Assembly: GCA_016840855.1 (NCBI GenBank)
Contig: JAEORO010000060.1
Span: forward strand, 7,812-71,811
DNA from: Candidatus Thorarchaeota archaeon
GTDB taxonomy: Archaea; Asgardarchaeota; Thorarchaeia; Thorarchaeales; Thorarchaeaceae
Length of the DNA stretch: 64,000 nt
Reading direction: 5' to 3'
This document shows positions 62,868 to 64,000 of this stretch, piece after piece. Position numbers and translations under genes: made by a program. Positions within the stretch are counted from its first letter, which is position 1. Every line of letters begins with the position of its first letter. Below the pieces are notes generated by a model. It worked only from the letters and a program-made list of their open reading frames with translations. It was not told the origin of the DNA and did not search any database.

Positions 62868-63080
62868 ATGGCTAAAATGAAGGCATGCAAGGCTTGTCAC
62901 TACCTCACTGCTGAGAACATTTGCCCAAACTGCAAGAGTACCAATCTCTCATCCTCGTACACGGGAATTGTAGTAATTCTTCCAGGTCGGAACAAACGTG
63001 AAGATCCTAGACTGAGTTCTTACGTTGCCTCTCGACTCAACATAGACAGACCTGGGAAATATGCACTAAAGGTACGCTAA
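62868..63080 (+). CDS. spt4: Transcription elongation factor Spt4 (RpoE'')
   Basis: ACKACHYL....CPNC zinc ribbon, then G.VVI and GKYALKV. Start at the internal ATG of the track ORF. Confidence 0.8.
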   Translation: MAKMKACKACHYLTAENICPNCKSTNLSSSYTGIVVILPGRNKREDPRLSSYVASRLNIDRPGKYALKVR

Positions 63081-63176
63081 GGTTTCTTGTCAATGGTGAA
63101 AGCTTTATTAGACAACCCCAAGTCGATTGGCTGACCTACCCCTGAGGCGGTCTGGCTTTCGGTAAGTGATGCTAAA

Positions 63177-63482
63177 ATGAAAATCGAAATCCTAAATGAA
63201 CGGGAGAACAAACCTCTTGCAAGGAGGGAAATCGACTTCAGAGTCGATCATGCTGGGGCAAAGACACCAAGCAGAGCAGACATCCGTGCAAAGATTGTCG
63301 CACAGTTTGATGCAGACTCATCATCAGTTGTCATTAGGAAGCTAGACACTAAGTTTGGTGTTGGCATAACTGAAGGAACTGCAAGAATATATTCTGATCC
63401 AGACCAGATGAAACGAATCGAACTTGATCACATTGTAAAAAGGCATGAGTCAAAGAAAAAGCAAGAGGGAGAAGAGGAATAG
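63177..63482 (+). CDS. rps24e: 30S ribosomal protein eS24
   Basis: MKIEILNERENKPLARREIDFRVDHAGAKTPSR..IR.K.... Confidence 0.9.
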   Translation: MKIEILNERENKPLARREIDFRVDHAGAKTPSRADIRAKIVAQFDADSSSVVIRKLDTKFGVGITEGTARIYSDPDQMKRIELDHIVKRHESKKKQEGEEE

Positions 63483-63647
63483 ATGCCAAAGGCACACGAG
63501 TTGTATAAAGTTGACAAATCTGGCAAGATAACTCGTTCCAAGAAGTCTTGTCCACGATGTGAGAAAGGAACCTACATGGCAGAGCACTTCGATCGTTTTG
63601 CTTGTGGCCGTTGTGGGTACACAGAGTTCAAACGTAAGGGCAACTAG
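63483..63647 (+). CDS. rps27ae: 30S ribosomal protein eS27ae/eS31 (54 aa, below the ORF-track cut-off)
   Basis: Hand translation gives MPKAHELYKVDKSGKITRSKKSCPRCEKGTYMAEHFDRFACGRCGYTEFKRKGN*. The ATG abuts the eS24 TAG. CPRC...CGRC zinc ribbon. Confidence 0.85.
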   Translation: MPKAHELYKVDKSGKITRSKKSCPRCEKGTYMAEHFDRFACGRCGYTEFKRKGN

Positions 63648-63649
63648 TT

Positions 63650-63916
63650 TTACTCACCAACTATAGCCATTATCCATCTTACAAAGATAAGAACACCAAT
63701 TACCATTGTGAGCACAACATCTACAAGAAATACTCCTGGAATCTGAAGCTCTATCCATGCTGCTAGAATGAGTGCTATAGGGAATGTCACAATGAAAGGT
63801 AGAGTTGCTACTGTTAGAGATATCTCCTCGCTTGATACCATGATGTTTACGAGGAGAAGTAGCCAAATGGCATAGATTCCAATGAGGAGAGCAACTTCCA
63901 GTATCATTTCGGTCAT
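63650..63916 (-). CDS. Small membrane protein (3 TM), unknown function
   Basis: ORF track; hydrophobic throughout. Confidence 0.35.
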   Translation of the reverse strand: MTEMILEVALLIGIYAIWLLLLVNIMVSSEEISLTVATLPFIVTFPIALILAAWIELQIPGVFLVDVVLTMVIGVLIFVRWIMAIVGE

Positions 63917-64000
63917 GCTCCGATTTGCGAATCATATGAATCAAAGAACAATGTGTGTATCACATGGATGTTGAGGATAACTCCAATTTTATCTCATATC

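Noticed and set aside
1-64000. CRISPR arrays, transposases/IS elements, integrases, toxin-antitoxin or known defence cassettes
   Set aside because: Reading the sequence showed no regularly spaced direct repeats. No ORF has transposase, integrase or Cas motifs. The PIN (61723-62142) and RHH (24749-24931) proteins sit in conserved housekeeping contexts rather than TA pairs. An exhaustive repeat search was not possible by eye.

Overview
Gene content places this 64 kb window in the core chromosome of an archaeon. It is densely coded and mostly housekeeping.

**Translation, ribosome and RNA biogenesis**
- Ribosomal protein genes: uL3-uL4-uL23-uL2, eS6, eS24, eS27ae and eS30.
- Nop5-fibrillarin-UPF0216, Gar1, SRP19, Trm1, RlmE, Elp3, a TtuA/NcsA-type thiolase, archease, RNase HII and Pelota.
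- The conserved aIF2-gamma / PIN / Rpo7 / Spt4 / S24e / S27ae block.

**Other functions**
- Replication and division: DnaG and an RHH(CdrS-like)-FtsZ pair.
- Pyrimidine genes: pyrB, pyrD, pyrK and a dCMP deaminase.
- A tetrahydromethanopterin C1 cluster: ftr, fwdC, mch.
- A glycyl-radical enzyme, 2-oxoacid:ferredoxin oxidoreductase beta and gamma subunits, a thiolase and a GH13 glucosidase.

**RNA genes found by hand**
- A stand-alone 5S rRNA.
- Five tRNAs (Ile, Pro, Thr, Ser, Trp). All carry introns; Thr and Ser each carry a second, non-canonical T-arm intron.
- Two ribosomal protein genes below the 60-aa ORF cut-off (eS30, eS27ae) were recovered by translation.

eS30, a TFE-beta/RPC34-like protein and the multi-intron tRNAs fit a TACK/Asgard-like lineage. 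This is inference only.

I saw no CRISPR array, transposase, integrase or recognisable defence system, and I cannot point to a clearly novel system.

**Best leads**
1. A ~750 nt ORF-free, helix-rich region upstream of dnaG.
2. The conserved DnaG N-terminus has no ATG/GTG/TTG start.
3. An AT-rich spacer with a duplicated 14-mer and a strong terminator, lying ahead of an orphan 661-aa protein next to the 5S gene.
4. A LonB-type AAA+ ATPase with no protease domain.
5. A tight PP-loop / nucleotidyltransferase / radical-SAM operon.
6. A glycerol-dehydratase-like glycyl-radical enzyme that lacks both the catalytic Glu and a neighbouring activase.
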